DNA from: Leptonemataceae bacterium | GTDB lineage: Bacteria; Spirochaetota; Leptospiria; Leptospirales; Leptonemataceae | Direction of reading: 5' to 3' | Assembly (NCBI GenBank): GCA_965227295.1 | Contig: OZ245742.1 | Location: 2,272,001 to 2,336,000, forward strand | DNA length: 64,000 nucleotides | Part shown: one piece after another, positions 1-10,364 of the stretch | Layout of the letters: each line of letters opens with the position of its first letter | Numbering within the stretch: position 1 is the first letter of the stretch | Translations under genes and position numbers: made by a program | Notes under the pieces: model-generated | Databases searched by the model: none | What the model was told of the DNA's origin: nothing | What the model saw: only the letters and a program-made list of their open reading frames with translations

Positions 1-1
1 G

Positions 2-229
2 CATGAGACAACGGGACTCATCGGTGTCCGGGCCCACTTCCAGCAAGAAGGCCGCTTTCGGCCGGTATGTTCGGATCATTTCGGCAACCGCGCTCAGACG
101 TATTTCGTACGGGGTATCGCGGCCGTACACTCCCCGACGGTACCAGGACGCGCTGAGGTTGCGCACGTTCCAGCACATGACGTCGTAACGTTCCCGAATT
201 CTACGTTTGCTGCTTCCCGGATGTGCCAA
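2..229 (-). CDS. Partial CDS running off the window edge; endonuclease/exonuclease/phosphatase (EEP)-like N-terminus
   Basis: Manual translation ...YDVMCWNVRNL...RLSAVAEMIRTYRPKAAFLLEV... fits the EEP 'xWNV...xLxEV' pattern. Not in the ORF track; start uncertain. Confidence 0.45.
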   Translation of the reverse strand, partial: MAHPGSSKRRIRERYDVMCWNVRNLSASWYRRGVYGRDTPYEIRLSAVAEMIRTYRPKAAFLLEVGPDTDESRCLM

Positions 230-398
230 TGCCGAATCTCACCGGCCTGGGCCGTTCCGGGATTGTGCTCCGTTTTAATGGACTGCCAATCGTAAATTAC
301 TGACGAGGCGAAGTGATTGATTTTAATTGATGCTTTGCGTAAATTTTTGCAAAGGATCGGGGTGGTGTTTCAGTAAGTGAAGGGTCCTGCGCCGGCCG

Positions 399-827
399 TC
401 ACACAACTCCCGTAAACACCAGCCAGTCCCCGCCCGCGGCGATGCCGTTCACGGCGACAGCGCAGTCGTAGCCGCGCCTGCGATAAAACTCGCTATCGTG
501 AAACGAAGTCGTGCTAATAATTACTCGGTGGATGTTACGTTTGCGCGCTTCGGCCTCCGCGCGATCCAGGAGCTGGCGGCCGTAGCCCCGGCCGCGAACG
601 TCGTCGTGCAACCAGAGCGTGCGCACGAAGAGCGCGCCGTAGCCGAAGTCGCCGAGCAAACCGCCGCGCGGGAAGCCGCGCGCGTCGACGACGTAGATTC
701 GCAACGGTTCCGTTTCGGCGAACGGTGCGGGGACGCGGCGAGCGTCGAAGTCGCGCAGCCCGCGTTCGATGTACGTGTCCAGGTCCGGACGATCGGCCAC
801 TTTCAGCAGCAGAGATTCTCCGGTCAT
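399..827 (-). CDS. GNAT family N-acetyltransferase
   Basis: LWLHDDVRGRGYGRQLL acetyl-CoA motif; FYRRRGY. Confidence 0.85.
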   Translation of the reverse strand: MTGESLLLKVADRPDLDTYIERGLRDFDARRVPAPFAETEPLRIYVVDARGFPRGGLLGDFGYGALFVRTLWLHDDVRGRGYGRQLLDRAEAEARKRNIHRVIISTTSFHDSEFYRRRGYDCAVAVNGIAAGGDWLVFTGVV

Positions 828-959
828 GCCGGGAGCCTCAAGGCCGAACGGCGAAAATCAAGCGGGAAGGCCGGGAGCGCGACGACGCTCCCGCAAAAAT
901 TCCAGAGAATGTAAGATACTGAACGCGCCGCCGGCCGGCGTTGTCGCTGATACTAAGAC

Positions 960-2333
960 TCAGCGGCGGTTGCCGGGGGCGCCGCCGCTAACTTGCTTCT
1001 TTGAAGACTTAGCGTTGTGACGGCCGTTGCGCCGCGGTTCCCGGTTGCCGCCGCCGGTGCGGGCTCCGCCGGGCCGCGCGCCGCCGTTCGGGCGCGATCC
1101 GCCAGAGCGAGCATTGCCGCGGGCCCCGCCGCCTTTGCCGGGCTCCGGCCGGTTCAACTCCGGCGCGTCGAAGCCTTCGATCTTTTGCGTGGGCAGGGAA
1201 CGACGAATCAAACGTTCGATACCGATCAGTAACTTCTTCTCATCGGCACTTACGAGTGAAATGGCGTGCCCCGCGGCGCCGGCCCGACCGGTGCGGCCGA
1301 TGCGGTGCACGTAGTCTTCGGCGACGTGGGGCAGTTCGTAGTTCACCACCTGCGGCAACTGTTCAATGTCGAGGCCCCGCGCGGCGATGTCCGTGGCGAC
1401 CAGGACCTGCACGCGCCCGCGTTTAAAATCGGCGAGGGCTTTGGTGCGAGCGTTCTGGGATTTGTTGCCGTGGATGGCGGTGCTCTTGATGCCGTCGCGC
1501 TCCAGCTTGCGGGCCAGGGCGTTGGCGCGATGTTTCGTGCGGGTGAATACGAGCACCTGGTACCACTTGTGATCGCGAATGAGATGGGCGAGGAGTTTGG
1601 CCTTGTGATCGGATTGTACCGGATGCACGAGCTGTTCCACGGTGGCCGCCGCCGGTTTTTCCCGGGCGATTTCGACTTCGAGCGGATCCTTCAAGATTTC
1701 ACTGGTGAGTTCGCGAATTTCCGGGGCGAAGGTCGCCGAGAACATCAGGTTCTGACGATCTTTCGGCAGCAGTTTCACGATGCGACGGATGTCCGGGATG
1801 AAGCCCATATCCATCATGCGATCGGCTTCGTCGAGGATCAGAATTTCCACGTGGGAAAGATCGGCGGCGCCGCGAGCCTGGAGGTCCAGGAGGCGGCCCG
1901 GGGTGGCGATGAGAATGTCGACGCCGGCCTTGAGCCTGGAGATTTGCGGGTTGATGTTTACGCCGCCGAAGACCACCGTAGATTTCAGTGAAAGAAACTT
2001 ACCGTAAACGGCGACGCTCTCGGCCACCTGGGCGGCGAGTTCGCGGGTGGGCACGAGGATGAGCGCGCGCACGTGGCGGCGCGGTTTGCGCGGGCCGCGT
2101 TGATTTTGCGAGCCGCGAGGTTGAGGGGCCGCGGCATCCGAAAGGATGTGCAGCGTCGGTAACGTAAAGCCGGCGGTTTTGCCGGTGCCGGTTTGGGCGG
2201 CGGCGAGCAGATCGCGGCCGGTGAGCACGGCCGGAATGGCCTGTGCCTGGATGGGTGTGGGGTTGGTATAGCCTTGTGCGTCGATCGCGCGGAGAAGCGG
2301 ATCGGACAGGCCGAGTTCGGAAAAAGCGGACAT
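960..2333 (-). CDS. rhlE: DEAD-box ATP-dependent RNA helicase (RhlE-like)
   Basis: Q motif, [31 protein letters not shown], and a basic Gly/Arg-rich tail. Confidence 0.93.
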   Translation of the reverse strand: MSAFSELGLSDPLLRAIDAQGYTNPTPIQAQAIPAVLTGRDLLAAAQTGTGKTAGFTLPTLHILSDAAAPQPRGSQNQRGPRKPRRHVRALILVPTRELAAQVAESVAVYGKFLSLKSTVVFGGVNINPQISRLKAGVDILIATPGRLLDLQARGAADLSHVEILILDEADRMMDMGFIPDIRRIVKLLPKDRQNLMFSATFAPEIRELTSEILKDPLEVEIAREKPAAATVEQLVHPVQSDHKAKLLAHLIRDHKWYQVLVFTRTKHRANALARKLERDGIKSTAIHGNKSQNARTKALADFKRGRVQVLVATDIAARGLDIEQLPQVVNYELPHVAEDYVHRIGRTGRAGAAGHAISLVSADEKKLLIGIERLIRRSLPTQKIEGFDAPELNRPEPGKGGGARGNARSGGSRPNGGARPGGARTGGGNREPRRNGRHNAKSSKKQVSGGAPGNRR

Positions 2334-2470
2334 GGATTCCTGGCGAACGTTCGCGTCAGCGCCAGGCGATCGTTCTAAAAGTTAAAATCGTTTCGGGAGA
2401 AACGCACGAACCGGGGTGGCGTGTTGGTTCGTGTTACCACGATTTTGCAGATGGGGTTTCCCGGCGAGTG

Positions 2471-3067
2471 TTATTTTGTGACGCGCGACGAGCCGTAGAG
2501 CTGCCGGGCGTCTACCGTAAAACCGGGAAGGATGTCGCTTTCGATGGCGCCGTTCGGGGATTTCACCCGCGCGTTTTGCCAGGCCCGGCCGGTGTTCGCG
2601 CGCTTTTCGAAAGCACGCTGCGCGGGATCGAGAATCCAGTACTCGCGCACGCCGTGCTGTAAGTACAGTTCCGCCTTGCGGCCGCGATCGTACTGTGCCG
2701 TGGAGGGCGACAGTACCTCGCAGACGAGATCCGGGGCGCCGTAGATGTAGTCGCCGACGATGCCCAGACGTTCGTTGGCGATGAAGCTAACATCCGGCCG
2801 AAGTATATTAAGGCCGTCGTTGAGGTGGACGTCGACCTCGGGCACCGCCTGACCGACGGGATGAACGTCGAGGTAGTTCATGAGCAACTGGCTGAACCGA
2901 ATCTCGGCCTGGCCGTGTCGGTAGACGAAACTGGCGCTCACTCGCATGACCCCGTCGATGAGTTCGTACTGGAACCCGTCGTCGGGGAGCCGGAGGTACT
3001 CCTGCGGTGGGCATGCCTGGCCGTCGTACCGCGGCCGGGCATGTGTCTTGCGCACGGTGGCGAGCAT
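2471..3067 (-). CDS. Uma2/DUF820 family endonuclease
   Basis: YELIDG, RPDVSF, GAPDLVCEVLSPST, K..LY...GVREYWILDP. Confidence 0.9.
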   Translation of the reverse strand: MLATVRKTHARPRYDGQACPPQEYLRLPDDGFQYELIDGVMRVSASFVYRHGQAEIRFSQLLMNYLDVHPVGQAVPEVDVHLNDGLNILRPDVSFIANERLGIVGDYIYGAPDLVCEVLSPSTAQYDRGRKAELYLQHGVREYWILDPAQRAFEKRANTGRAWQNARVKSPNGAIESDILPGFTVDARQLYGSSRVTK

Positions 3068-3268
3068 AGAGAATCCTACCGTTTTTCCCGACGATGGTCA
3101 AGCAAGATGGTTCCGAAAGCCGCGTTCGTTCCGCGTTTTTTTCGGTATCGGGAAGAAAGTGTCGGTGTTTCGGAGGACGTTCCGGTCACGAAGACCGCAC
3201 AGGAGAGGACGAGAGCCGTGATTGATTGCATGACTCCCGTCCTCTCGCAATTCAGAAGCAAGTGCGGA

Positions 3269-3688
3269 TCAATATCCGCCCTTGTTTTTGTTGCCTTTGT
3301 TTTCTTTGCGCTTCTCGCGCATCTCTTTCATCGCCGCCTTACAGGTGTTCGAGAGCTTATCCTTGTTCTCTTTGAAACACGCGCGCAGGCCCTTGCCCGG
3401 TTCGGCGTCGGGGCAGAGCTTTGCTTTGTCCGCCTGGCAAGCCTCGCGAACTTTCATCATCATCTCGTGATGTTTTTTCATCTTTGCCTGGCATTCCGGA
3501 GAGAACTTGTCCTTGTTCTCTTTGATGCACTCGCGCAGACGGCCGTCGCCCGGCTTGATGCCTTCGCAGATCGTCTCCACTTCTTCGAAGCACGGGCCCT
3601 TCGGACCTTTGCGATCTTCGGCAAGCAGCGGCAGTGCTACAGCGGCACTGAGAATGGCGGTGAGTAAAATCGATTTCCAGTGATTCAT
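3269..3688 (-). CDS. Secreted cysteine-rich repeat protein (two C-x6-C...G....C.......S..C repeats)
   Basis: Signal peptide MNHWKSILLTAILSAAVALPLLA after an AAGGAG RBS; CFEEVETICEGIKPGDGRLREC and CQADKAKLCPDAEPGKGLRAC repeats. Confidence 0.75.
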   Translation of the reverse strand: MNHWKSILLTAILSAAVALPLLAEDRKGPKGPCFEEVETICEGIKPGDGRLRECIKENKDKFSPECQAKMKKHHEMMMKVREACQADKAKLCPDAEPGKGLRACFKENKDKLSNTCKAAMKEMREKRKENKGNKNKGGY

Positions 3689-3788
3689 GCGAATCTCCTT
3701 ATTCGTCATTGTTGTATAGAGAGACGGCTCTCGTCGCACGGATGTGCTGATATTTCCCGGGCGTTGTGTAAAGTAATGTAAAAACGAC

Positions 3789-6700
3789 TCATTTCGCCGC
3801 GGTGATTTTCCCGGGCCCGCCGGCGGCACCCACGATTTCCATATCCTGACGCATCTCCTCGACGGACTTGCCCGCGACCTTGCGACCGAGGTACTCTTTC
3901 ACGTCGAGGGCCATGCTGTACATGATCGGGACCATGCCCAGAGTCAGCACCGTGGAAAACGCGAGGCCCCAGGCAAACGACAGCGCCATGGGCACGAGAA
4001 ACGGATCGAAGCCGCCCAGGCCGTAAGCCGTGGGCAACAGGCCGAGGACAGTGGTGAGTGTCGTCAGCAACACCGCACGGAAACGCAGGCTCGAAGCTTC
4101 CAGCGCCACTTCGATGTTGGAAAGCTCCGGTTGTTCCACGCGAATGCGGTTCGCGAAGTCGACGAGTACGATGGAGTCGTTCACCACGACGCCGGCGAGA
4201 CCGATGATGCCCATCAACGCCAGGAACGAAAACGGTTCGCCGTGAGCCGCGAAGGCGAAGATCACGCCGATCATCGCGAAGGGCACGGCGGCCAGTACCA
4301 CGAAAGGCTGCGTTAGCGAACGGAAGAGGGAAGCGAGAATCATGAAGATGACGATGACGCCCACCGCCGCCGCCCGGCCCAGGCTGCCCAGGGACTCCTC
4401 GGTATCCTTGTTCTCGCCGCCGAACTGCACCTGGTAGGACGGATACTGGTCCGGAATATCTTTTGCGGCCTCGCGGATTTTTTCCGTAGCTTCTGCTGAG
4501 GTGATCTTATTCTCGTCCACGTTCGCGGTGACGCTGATCAACCGACGACCGTCCAGGTGCAGGATGGCCGTGATGCCTTTCGTGCGTTCGAAGGCCGCCA
4601 TGCTCGAAACCGGAATGAGATTACCGAGCTGGTTCTGAACGTAGATTTTGTTCAGCGAGTTCAGATCGTTGCGGTTTTTTTCGGCGAAGCGCACGCGAAT
4701 GTCGACTTCCTCCTCCGGCGTTTTGATCGACGTCGCCACCGTACCTTCGAAGGCCGTGTTCACCGCCGAGGCGATCTGCGCCACCGAAAGATTCGTGCGC
4801 GCCGCGACGGCCTCGTCGATCTTCAAACGGATTTCGTCTTTGCCCGCCTGGTTCGAGTCGTCGATGTCCACGATGCCGTCGATGGAAGCGAGGACTTCTT
4901 TGTACCTGTCGGCGATCTCATCGAGCACTTCCATGTTGTCGCCCATGATCTCGATGGCCACGGGTTTACCCACCGGCGGACCGCCCTGCATCTTTTCGAA
5001 CTCGATGTTCTCCACGCGGCCGCGCAGGTCGGCGAACTGCGAGGGGATGTCGTATGCGAGCGGGAGCTGCGTGATGGCCTGGGCGACCTTGCCTTCGTCG
5101 AGCATACGCTTTATGTTCTCGAGGTCGCGGGCTTTTTTATCGCGCAGGGCCTCGGGCGTGAGCATCCACTCGGTTTGATTGCGCAGGTGATCGATGATGA
5201 TCTGCGCCGGCAGGTCCCGATCCAGTTCCGCTTCGAGGTAGATCTTGAGCATGCCGTAGTTCGAGCCGCGCTTCGTAAACGGATCGTTGGCTTCTTTTTG
5301 CTGAATGCCGGAACGGGCGAGGAAGGTATCCAGCTCGCTTTCCGGTAGCTTCTCGATCTCGATGCCGACGGCGTGCAGAAAACGTTGCGTTTCTTCTTTG
5401 GTGGTGCCCGAGGGCAGAGTGACTTTGACGTAGAGCTGATCCACCGCGGCCGGGAACAACTTGAACTTACCGAACACGGCCTGCACGAAGATGGCGAAGA
5501 TGAACAGCATGAACATGCCGGCAATGACCAGGCCGCGGTGCCGCAGCATCCACCACAGCGAACTGCGATAGAAACCGTCGCGCAAACGTTCGAAGGCGTT
5601 GCGCACGAAGTCCAGGCTGCCCAGGATGGAGCCCAGCACCGAACGTTTGCCGGAGTTCTGCTTCCCGGGATCCTGGGCCTGGCCGTCGCCGCCGTAAGCC
5701 GGGCTGTACTTGTTCATGTCGTAGACGTGCGAGGGCAGAATCAAAAAGCACTCGAGGAGCGAAGCGATCAGCGCCAGGATCACCACGAGGGGAATCGTAT
5801 AGACGAACTTACCGAAGATGCCGGTCATGAACATCATGGGCGCGAAGGCCGCGCACGTCGTGGCGATGGTGGCCATTACGGGAGAAACAACTTCCGCGCT
5901 GCCCTTTGAGCAGGCCTCCCACAACGGATAACCTTCTTCCATGTAACGATAGATGTTTTCGCTGACGATGATGGCGTCATCGACGACGATCCCGATCACG
6001 AGCACCAGGCCGAACATGGAGATGAGGTTCATGGTCACGCCCAGATACTGCATGGCGATGAAGGTCATGCCGAAGGCGATGGGAATGCCCAACGCGACCA
6101 TGACCGAGGTGCGCCAGCCCATGAAGAAAAACAGCGACAGGATGACCAGGGCGAGACCGACGATGCCGTTGGAGATGAGAACACCCAGGCGTCGTTTTAC
6201 GAAGTACGAGATGTCGTTGACGGCGACGAGCTCAATGCCCTCGGGCACGTTCTTGCGGAAGCGTTCGACGATGTCGTTGGTTTTGTCGACAACGTTGATG
6301 ATGTCCCCGGCCTCGCGTTTGACGACGACCAGGCTGATGGACGGATGATTCAGCGTGGTTTCTAAGTAGTCCGGTTCTTCGAAGTCGTCGCGAACCTGCG
6401 CGACGTCGGCAACCTTAACGTCGTAGCCGACCTCGTTCGAGCGAACGTAGGTGCGTCGAATCTCTTCGGCGTTTTCGTACTCGCCCACGGTGCGCACGAT
6501 CACCTCGCGTTTGCCCAGGTTGATCTCACCGCCCGGCAGACTGACGTTGCGCGCCTTCAGTGCGTTGTTGATGGCGCCGGTGCCGAGGTAATACCGTTGC
6601 AAAAGATCCGGATCGGTTTCGACGAAGATTTCGCGGTCGCGCCAGCCCTTGCGTTCCACCCGGGCGACCTCGTCGAGTTCGAGGAAGCGGTTCTCCAGGC

Positions 6701-7196
6701 GCCGCGCCAGTTCGCGCAGTTCGCCGTAGCTGAGCGGATACACGCCGTTCACCGGCTTCATCACCAGCGACCATTCAATCACCGGCGTGCGCGACGTGCC
6801 GATCTCGATGATGAGCGGGTCCTCGGCGTCTTCGGGCAGATCTTCCGTGCGATCGACGGCACTGCGAATGTCGTCGATGACCTTCTGCGTATCCTTTTCG
6901 TCGGGATCGATCTGGATGACGATGCCGGAGCGGCTTTCGATGGAACTGGAACGATACTCCTCCAGTCCGTCGACTTCTTTGATGGATTCTTCGAGGGGAA
7001 TCGTGACGAGCTTTTCGACTTCCTGCGGCGACGCGCCCGGATAGATCGTGTTTACCGAGACGATGTCGAAGTCGATGTTCGGAAAGGCCTCCCGGTTCAT
7101 GGTGAGGGCGATGAAACCGCCCACGCCGATCAGGATAACCGTCAGCAAGTTGACGAAGATGCTTCTATTTAAGAAATAATCAATCAGTCCCTGCAT
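3789..7196 (-). CDS. RND efflux transporter permease (AcrB/AcrD/AcrF family)
   Basis: 1135 aa; YPGASPQEVE, GIVVDDAIIVSEN, GVVVNDSIVLV, RFRAVLLT. Confidence 0.95.
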   Translation of the reverse strand: MQGLIDYFLNRSIFVNLLTVILIGVGGFIALTMNREAFPNIDFDIVSVNTIYPGASPQEVEKLVTIPLEESIKEVDGLEEYRSSSIESRSGIVIQIDPDEKDTQKVIDDIRSAVDRTEDLPEDAEDPLIIEIGTSRTPVIEWSLVMKPVNGVYPLSYGELRELARRLENRFLELDEVARVERKGWRDREIFVETDPDLLQRYYLGTGAINNALKARNVSLPGGEINLGKREVIVRTVGEYENAEEIRRTYVRSNEVGYDVKVADVAQVRDDFEEPDYLETTLNHPSISLVVVKREAGDIINVVDKTNDIVERFRKNVPEGIELVAVNDISYFVKRRLGVLISNGIVGLALVILSLFFFMGWRTSVMVALGIPIAFGMTFIAMQYLGVTMNLISMFGLVLVIGIVVDDAIIVSENIYRYMEEGYPLWEACSKGSAEVVSPVMATIATTCAAFAPMMFMTGIFGKFVYTIPLVVILALIASLLECFLILPSHVYDMNKYSPAYGGDGQAQDPGKQNSGKRSVLGSILGSLDFVRNAFERLRDGFYRSSLWWMLRHRGLVIAGMFMLFIFAIFVQAVFGKFKLFPAAVDQLYVKVTLPSGTTKEETQRFLHAVGIEIEKLPESELDTFLARSGIQQKEANDPFTKRGSNYGMLKIYLEAELDRDLPAQIIIDHLRNQTEWMLTPEALRDKKARDLENIKRMLDEGKVAQAITQLPLAYDIPSQFADLRGRVENIEFEKMQGGPPVGKPVAIEIMGDNMEVLDEIADRYKEVLASIDGIVDIDDSNQAGKDEIRLKIDEAVAARTNLSVAQIASAVNTAFEGTVATSIKTPEEEVDIRVRFAEKNRNDLNSLNKIYVQNQLGNLIPVSSMAAFERTKGITAILHLDGRRLISVTANVDENKITSAEATEKIREAAKDIPDQYPSYQVQFGGENKDTEESLGSLGRAAAVGVIVIFMILASLFRSLTQPFVVLAAVPFAMIGVIFAFAAHGEPFSFLALMGIIGLAGVVVNDSIVLVDFANRIRVEQPELSNIEVALEASSLRFRAVLLTTLTTVLGLLPTAYGLGGFDPFLVPMALSFAWGLAFSTVLTLGMVPIMYSMALDVKEYLGRKVAGKSVEEMRQDMEIVGAAGGPGKITAAK

Positions 7197-7299
7197 GATC
7201 TTCGTTCTCCTGCCGAGCGAACCGCTGTATTATCCGTACACCGCAGCAGGTTTCGGATGTCAATTGGTTCAATGAGGGGGAATCTTACGGCGTCTGCTG

Positions 7300-7325
7300 A
7301 ATTCCGCCACCGCGGTGGCGGAATT
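7300..7325. repeat. Perfect 26-bp palindrome; relic related to the hairpin inside the 61627 element
   Basis: AATTCCGCCACCG/CGGTGGCGGAATT; compare GAATTCCGCCCCG-acaag-CGGGGCGGAATT at about 61662. Confidence 0.75.
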
Positions 7326-7489
7326 GGGCGCGGGTCATGCTCCGACGCGCTAAGGCGCGAATCCAGGCGGGGGGCGCTGGAGTCACGGTCACTCAGGGTG
7401 GGGAAGGGCTATGTTGGCGAAGCGGCGGAGATTTTCGCAAGGAGATTTTCGGTCGGTGATGCGGGTTTGCGGGAGCGATGTGGCTGGAA

Positions 7490-7748
7490 TGCCGACACCG
7501 GTCCCGATGCCGTGAAAGCCGCCCTGCGTAATATCACTTATGCCGACGCTCTGTTGAAACGAAAGATCCCAGGTATCGTTCGCGTTGTACGTCAGACCCG
7601 TGCCGACGCTGTGACCGTAACTGTACTGACCCTCGCGGCCATCCCACGCCGTACTCACGCCGCCGGTAAAACTCAGGTCGCTGCCGGTCGGTCCGAAACC
7701 CACGCCCACGTTCCACGAGGCCTGGCCCAGATTATTGTGAATGTTGCC
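7490..7748 (-). pseudogene. Toxin scaffold fragment (cassette 4 remnant; no HINT or toxin)
   Basis: Near-identical to about 20642-20900 of the full-length gene (NIHNNLGQASWNVG...GTGVG), then unrelated sequence. Confidence 0.85.
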
Positions 7749-7753
7749 TATTT

Positions 7754-7892
7754 GGGCGTGCCGGCCCGCCGCGCCGCGGAGGCGGCGGGCCGTCGCGCTG
7801 CTCCGGGCTCCGCTTCGCTTCGGTCTCGCGAAGACGCGAGACTCGCGCTATCGCGCGACCCTGCGCATCGCTCACGCTTGTGGTTCGGGGCG
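7754..7892 (+). repeat. Structured cassette-boundary element, copy A1 (Flavo-1-like)
   Basis: 139 bp, GGGCGTG...ATCGCTCACGCTTGTGGTTCGGGGCG; identical by eye to 10162-10300 and 17573-17711. Confidence 0.9.
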
Positions 7893-7980
7893 TTGATTTT
7901 TTGCGGAGAATAGAACTCGTGACTTTGTGCCAGATGGATCTTGACTATTATATTCAATCACTCGGCGTGTAACAGAGCCA

Positions 7981-8466
7981 CTATTCGTGAAGGCTTAAGT
8001 CGAAATAATAGCAATCGAGACAATTGTCTCCGTAGCGCTCCCAGAATACCCTGAAAACCGCTTCCGCGCGAGAATACCCGGCATCTGCACGTTCTTCCCT
8101 CGAGGGAGAGGCATGAAGATCAATTTGTGGACCGTGAGTCGGATACTGAGCGAACGTCTGGGAGCATATAACTTCTCTATCATGCGCAAATACGATTCGG
8201 CGCTCCCCGTCCTGTAAGGCTTCGGAAATATCCAGGTCCCGGGTTTGCTGAATATTCCATGGCGTATCAGGACCATATAGCATTAGTACCCGATCCCATT
8301 TCCCGGATACGACATCGGATAGCTTTATGATGCATTCTCCACTTGAGGTTCCAGACTCTACACATTTTGCATAGAGCTTTGAACCCAGACCACAGTCATT
8401 AGAGCCCTTGCAATACGGCTGAGCCAGAGTACAGGCAAGAACAATAAATAAGCCAAGTTTTCGCAT
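7981..8466 (-). CDS. Putative immunity protein of cassette 3 (exported/lipoprotein-like, Cys-rich)
   Basis: Directly downstream of the toxin; signal peptide MRKLGLFIVLAC; paralogous to 18537-19001 (SD...G.WD, RR..F......C, C..CY.Y.L). Confidence 0.7.
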   Translation of the reverse strand: MRKLGLFIVLACTLAQPYCKGSNDCGLGSKLYAKCVESGTSSGECIIKLSDVVSGKWDRVLMLYGPDTPWNIQQTRDLDISEALQDGERRIVFAHDREVICSQTFAQYPTHGPQIDLHASPSREERADAGYSRAEAVFRVFWERYGDNCLDCYYFDLSLHE

Positions 8467-8478
8467 CTGTTTACTATC

Positions 8479-10155
8479 CTAACCTTTGCCGGCGAAAGCT
8501 CGTTTTCGGTCAAGCCAATCCTGTTCCGCTTTGGTTCGCCCTGTTTCGTTGCGATTTAGAATTTCCGAGCGTGCTTGATCATATTCAGCCTCTGAAAGCC
8601 TGATCCGCTCAATCTTGTAGACATTGTCTGCTGCCCCGGGGGCCTGTTCATTCACAAGAACGATTTGCCACAAGCCATTTGTCCTATACTCTTCGAGCAC
8701 TTTGAGAGACATCTCTCGCATTCCGATTCCGGGATTATCCGCGCCGATTCTTCTGCCAATTTCATTGTTTTTCAAGTCTACAACAGAATCGGCGTCCCTG
8801 CGGCCTCCGTCTCGAAGTCCAATAAACTCATGATCGTCAGCGTAAGTATCTGCGACTTTCGGATTCGGCTCATGGGCATCGCCTACTTCTTGAGCGATGT
8901 CTTCACCCAAGCGCTCGGCGATAGTAGCTTGCCAGAGAGTATGCCTGAAAGCATTTCTCTGTGTGCCTTCCCCGCCCATAAAGCTGGGTTCTTTGAGGCC
9001 ACTGCCGGTGGTGAATCTGACGGCAGTGCTCGTAATGTTGTCGGTACCTGCAACGTTGAGTCCGATGATGGCGGCCTCCACGGGATTCTCCAGCGCAAAC
9101 CTCTGTGTCCGACTGAGCAAGCTCCATGTTGTATCCAAAAGCGCTGAGAGTTCTCTTTCGATGTAATCGGGTATGGAAAAATAGTCGGCCGGATCTTGAT
9201 TGTGAACAAGGACTGAAATCTCGGAAACAAAAAAATTATGCTCATTGGCTACACTCAGGTTATAAACGTTACCCGAATAGCTCAGCCTCTTGATTTCCTT
9301 TATTCCGACCCTTTTTTCACTTGCCGTGATTGCTAAATCACCTGGCTGAAGTGATCGAGCCGGGACCCATCCCCTGCCTTCTATATAGAACGGATGGGAC
9401 CATGTTGTTTCAATGACCGTATCTTCGGTTTCAAAGGTAATCTTATATATAGAGGAAGTAGTGCGAACGAAAGTGTGAGTGATCGGTTTAAACACGGGCC
9501 TCGACTCCGCCAGATTCTTGCTGAGCACAAAATCGCCAACCTGAATTTCCTCGATGCTTTTGTACCATTTCCCATTGTGGAGGAAGGCTTCAGAGGTATC
9601 CGGATGCACACGCACAAGCGTTCCCGCAACAAAACAAGTCTTAAACTCAAATTCCCCATTCTCATCAATCCAGCCGTTCACGTTACTCGCATCGCCACCG
9701 AACAAGAACGCCAGTTCATCCCCGATGCCACCGATCAACTCTGACAACCAACTATCGCCACGCGAACCGCCGATGAACCCCGCATCCATCAACGCATCCC
9801 GAATCGGTCCTTCTTCATGCGCAAGTTCCGGATTCTCGCGCAGCTTCTCCGCCTGCTCCGGCGTAAGCTTGTCGTCTTTCACGAGCTCATCAATCTTCGC
9901 GAGCCGCTGCTCTTCCCACGCCGTCACATTCCCTAACTGCTTGTCAAGTTCACTTAACTCATCGCGAATCGCATCCAACCGCTCCGGTGACGTATTCGGA
10001 TTCGCCGCTTCCAGCTCCAGTTCCGCTTTTAGCGTGTGAATCCCGAGCGCCGCCGCGTCCAGCGATTGAATCTCGAAGTCCGTCGTAATCCCCTGCGACG
10101 CCGTAACATGCCCGTCGCCGAAGTTAAACGTGGTGCCGACGCCCGTCCCGACGCT
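8479..10155 (-). CDS. Orphan toxin cassette 3: truncated scaffold + HINT + C-terminal toxin (NAFRH..WQA...HE type, DUF6973-like)
   Basis: Scaffold copy; CFVAGTLV...VLVHN HINT; GTQRNAFRHTLWQA...GDAHE; preceded in frame by TAA TGA, so probably silent. Confidence 0.85.
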   Translation of the reverse strand, partial: SVGTGVGTTFNFGDGHVTASQGITTDFEIQSLDAAALGIHTLKAELELEAANPNTSPERLDAIRDELSELDKQLGNVTAWEEQRLAKIDELVKDDKLTPEQAEKLRENPELAHEEGPIRDALMDAGFIGGSRGDSWLSELIGGIGDELAFLFGGDASNVNGWIDENGEFEFKTCFVAGTLVRVHPDTSEAFLHNGKWYKSIEEIQVGDFVLSKNLAESRPVFKPITHTFVRTTSSIYKITFETEDTVIETTWSHPFYIEGRGWVPARSLQPGDLAITASEKRVGIKEIKRLSYSGNVYNLSVANEHNFFVSEISVLVHNQDPADYFSIPDYIERELSALLDTTWSLLSRTQRFALENPVEAAIIGLNVAGTDNITSTAVRFTTGSGLKEPSFMGGEGTQRNAFRHTLWQATIAERLGEDIAQEVGDAHEPNPKVADTYADDHEFIGLRDGGRRDADSVVDLKNNEIGRRIGADNPGIGMREMSLKVLEEYRTNGLWQIVLVNEQAPGAADNVYKIERIRLSEAEYDQARSEILNRNETGRTKAEQDWLDRKRAFAGKG

Positions 10156-10161
10156 TCATTA

Positions 10162-10300
10162 GGGCGTGCCGGCCCGCCGCGCCGCGGAGGCGGCGGGCCG
10201 TCGCGCTGCTCCGGGCTCCGCTTCGCTTCGGTCTCGCGAAGACGCGAGACTCGCGCTATCGCGCGACCCTGCGCATCGCTCACGCTTGTGGTTCGGGGCG
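10162..10300 (+). repeat. Structured cassette-boundary element, copy A2
   Basis: Same 139-bp sequence as 7754-7892. Confidence 0.9.
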
Positions 10301-10364
10301 GGTCATCTTCACTTGCGCATAGCGCCGTGATTTCGGGCACATTAATCACGCATGAACACTTCTT

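Noticed and set aside
3789..7196. RND pump as dedicated exporter of the toxin
   Set aside because: Only adjacency supports it; the toxin has its own signal peptide and no adaptor or TolC is linked
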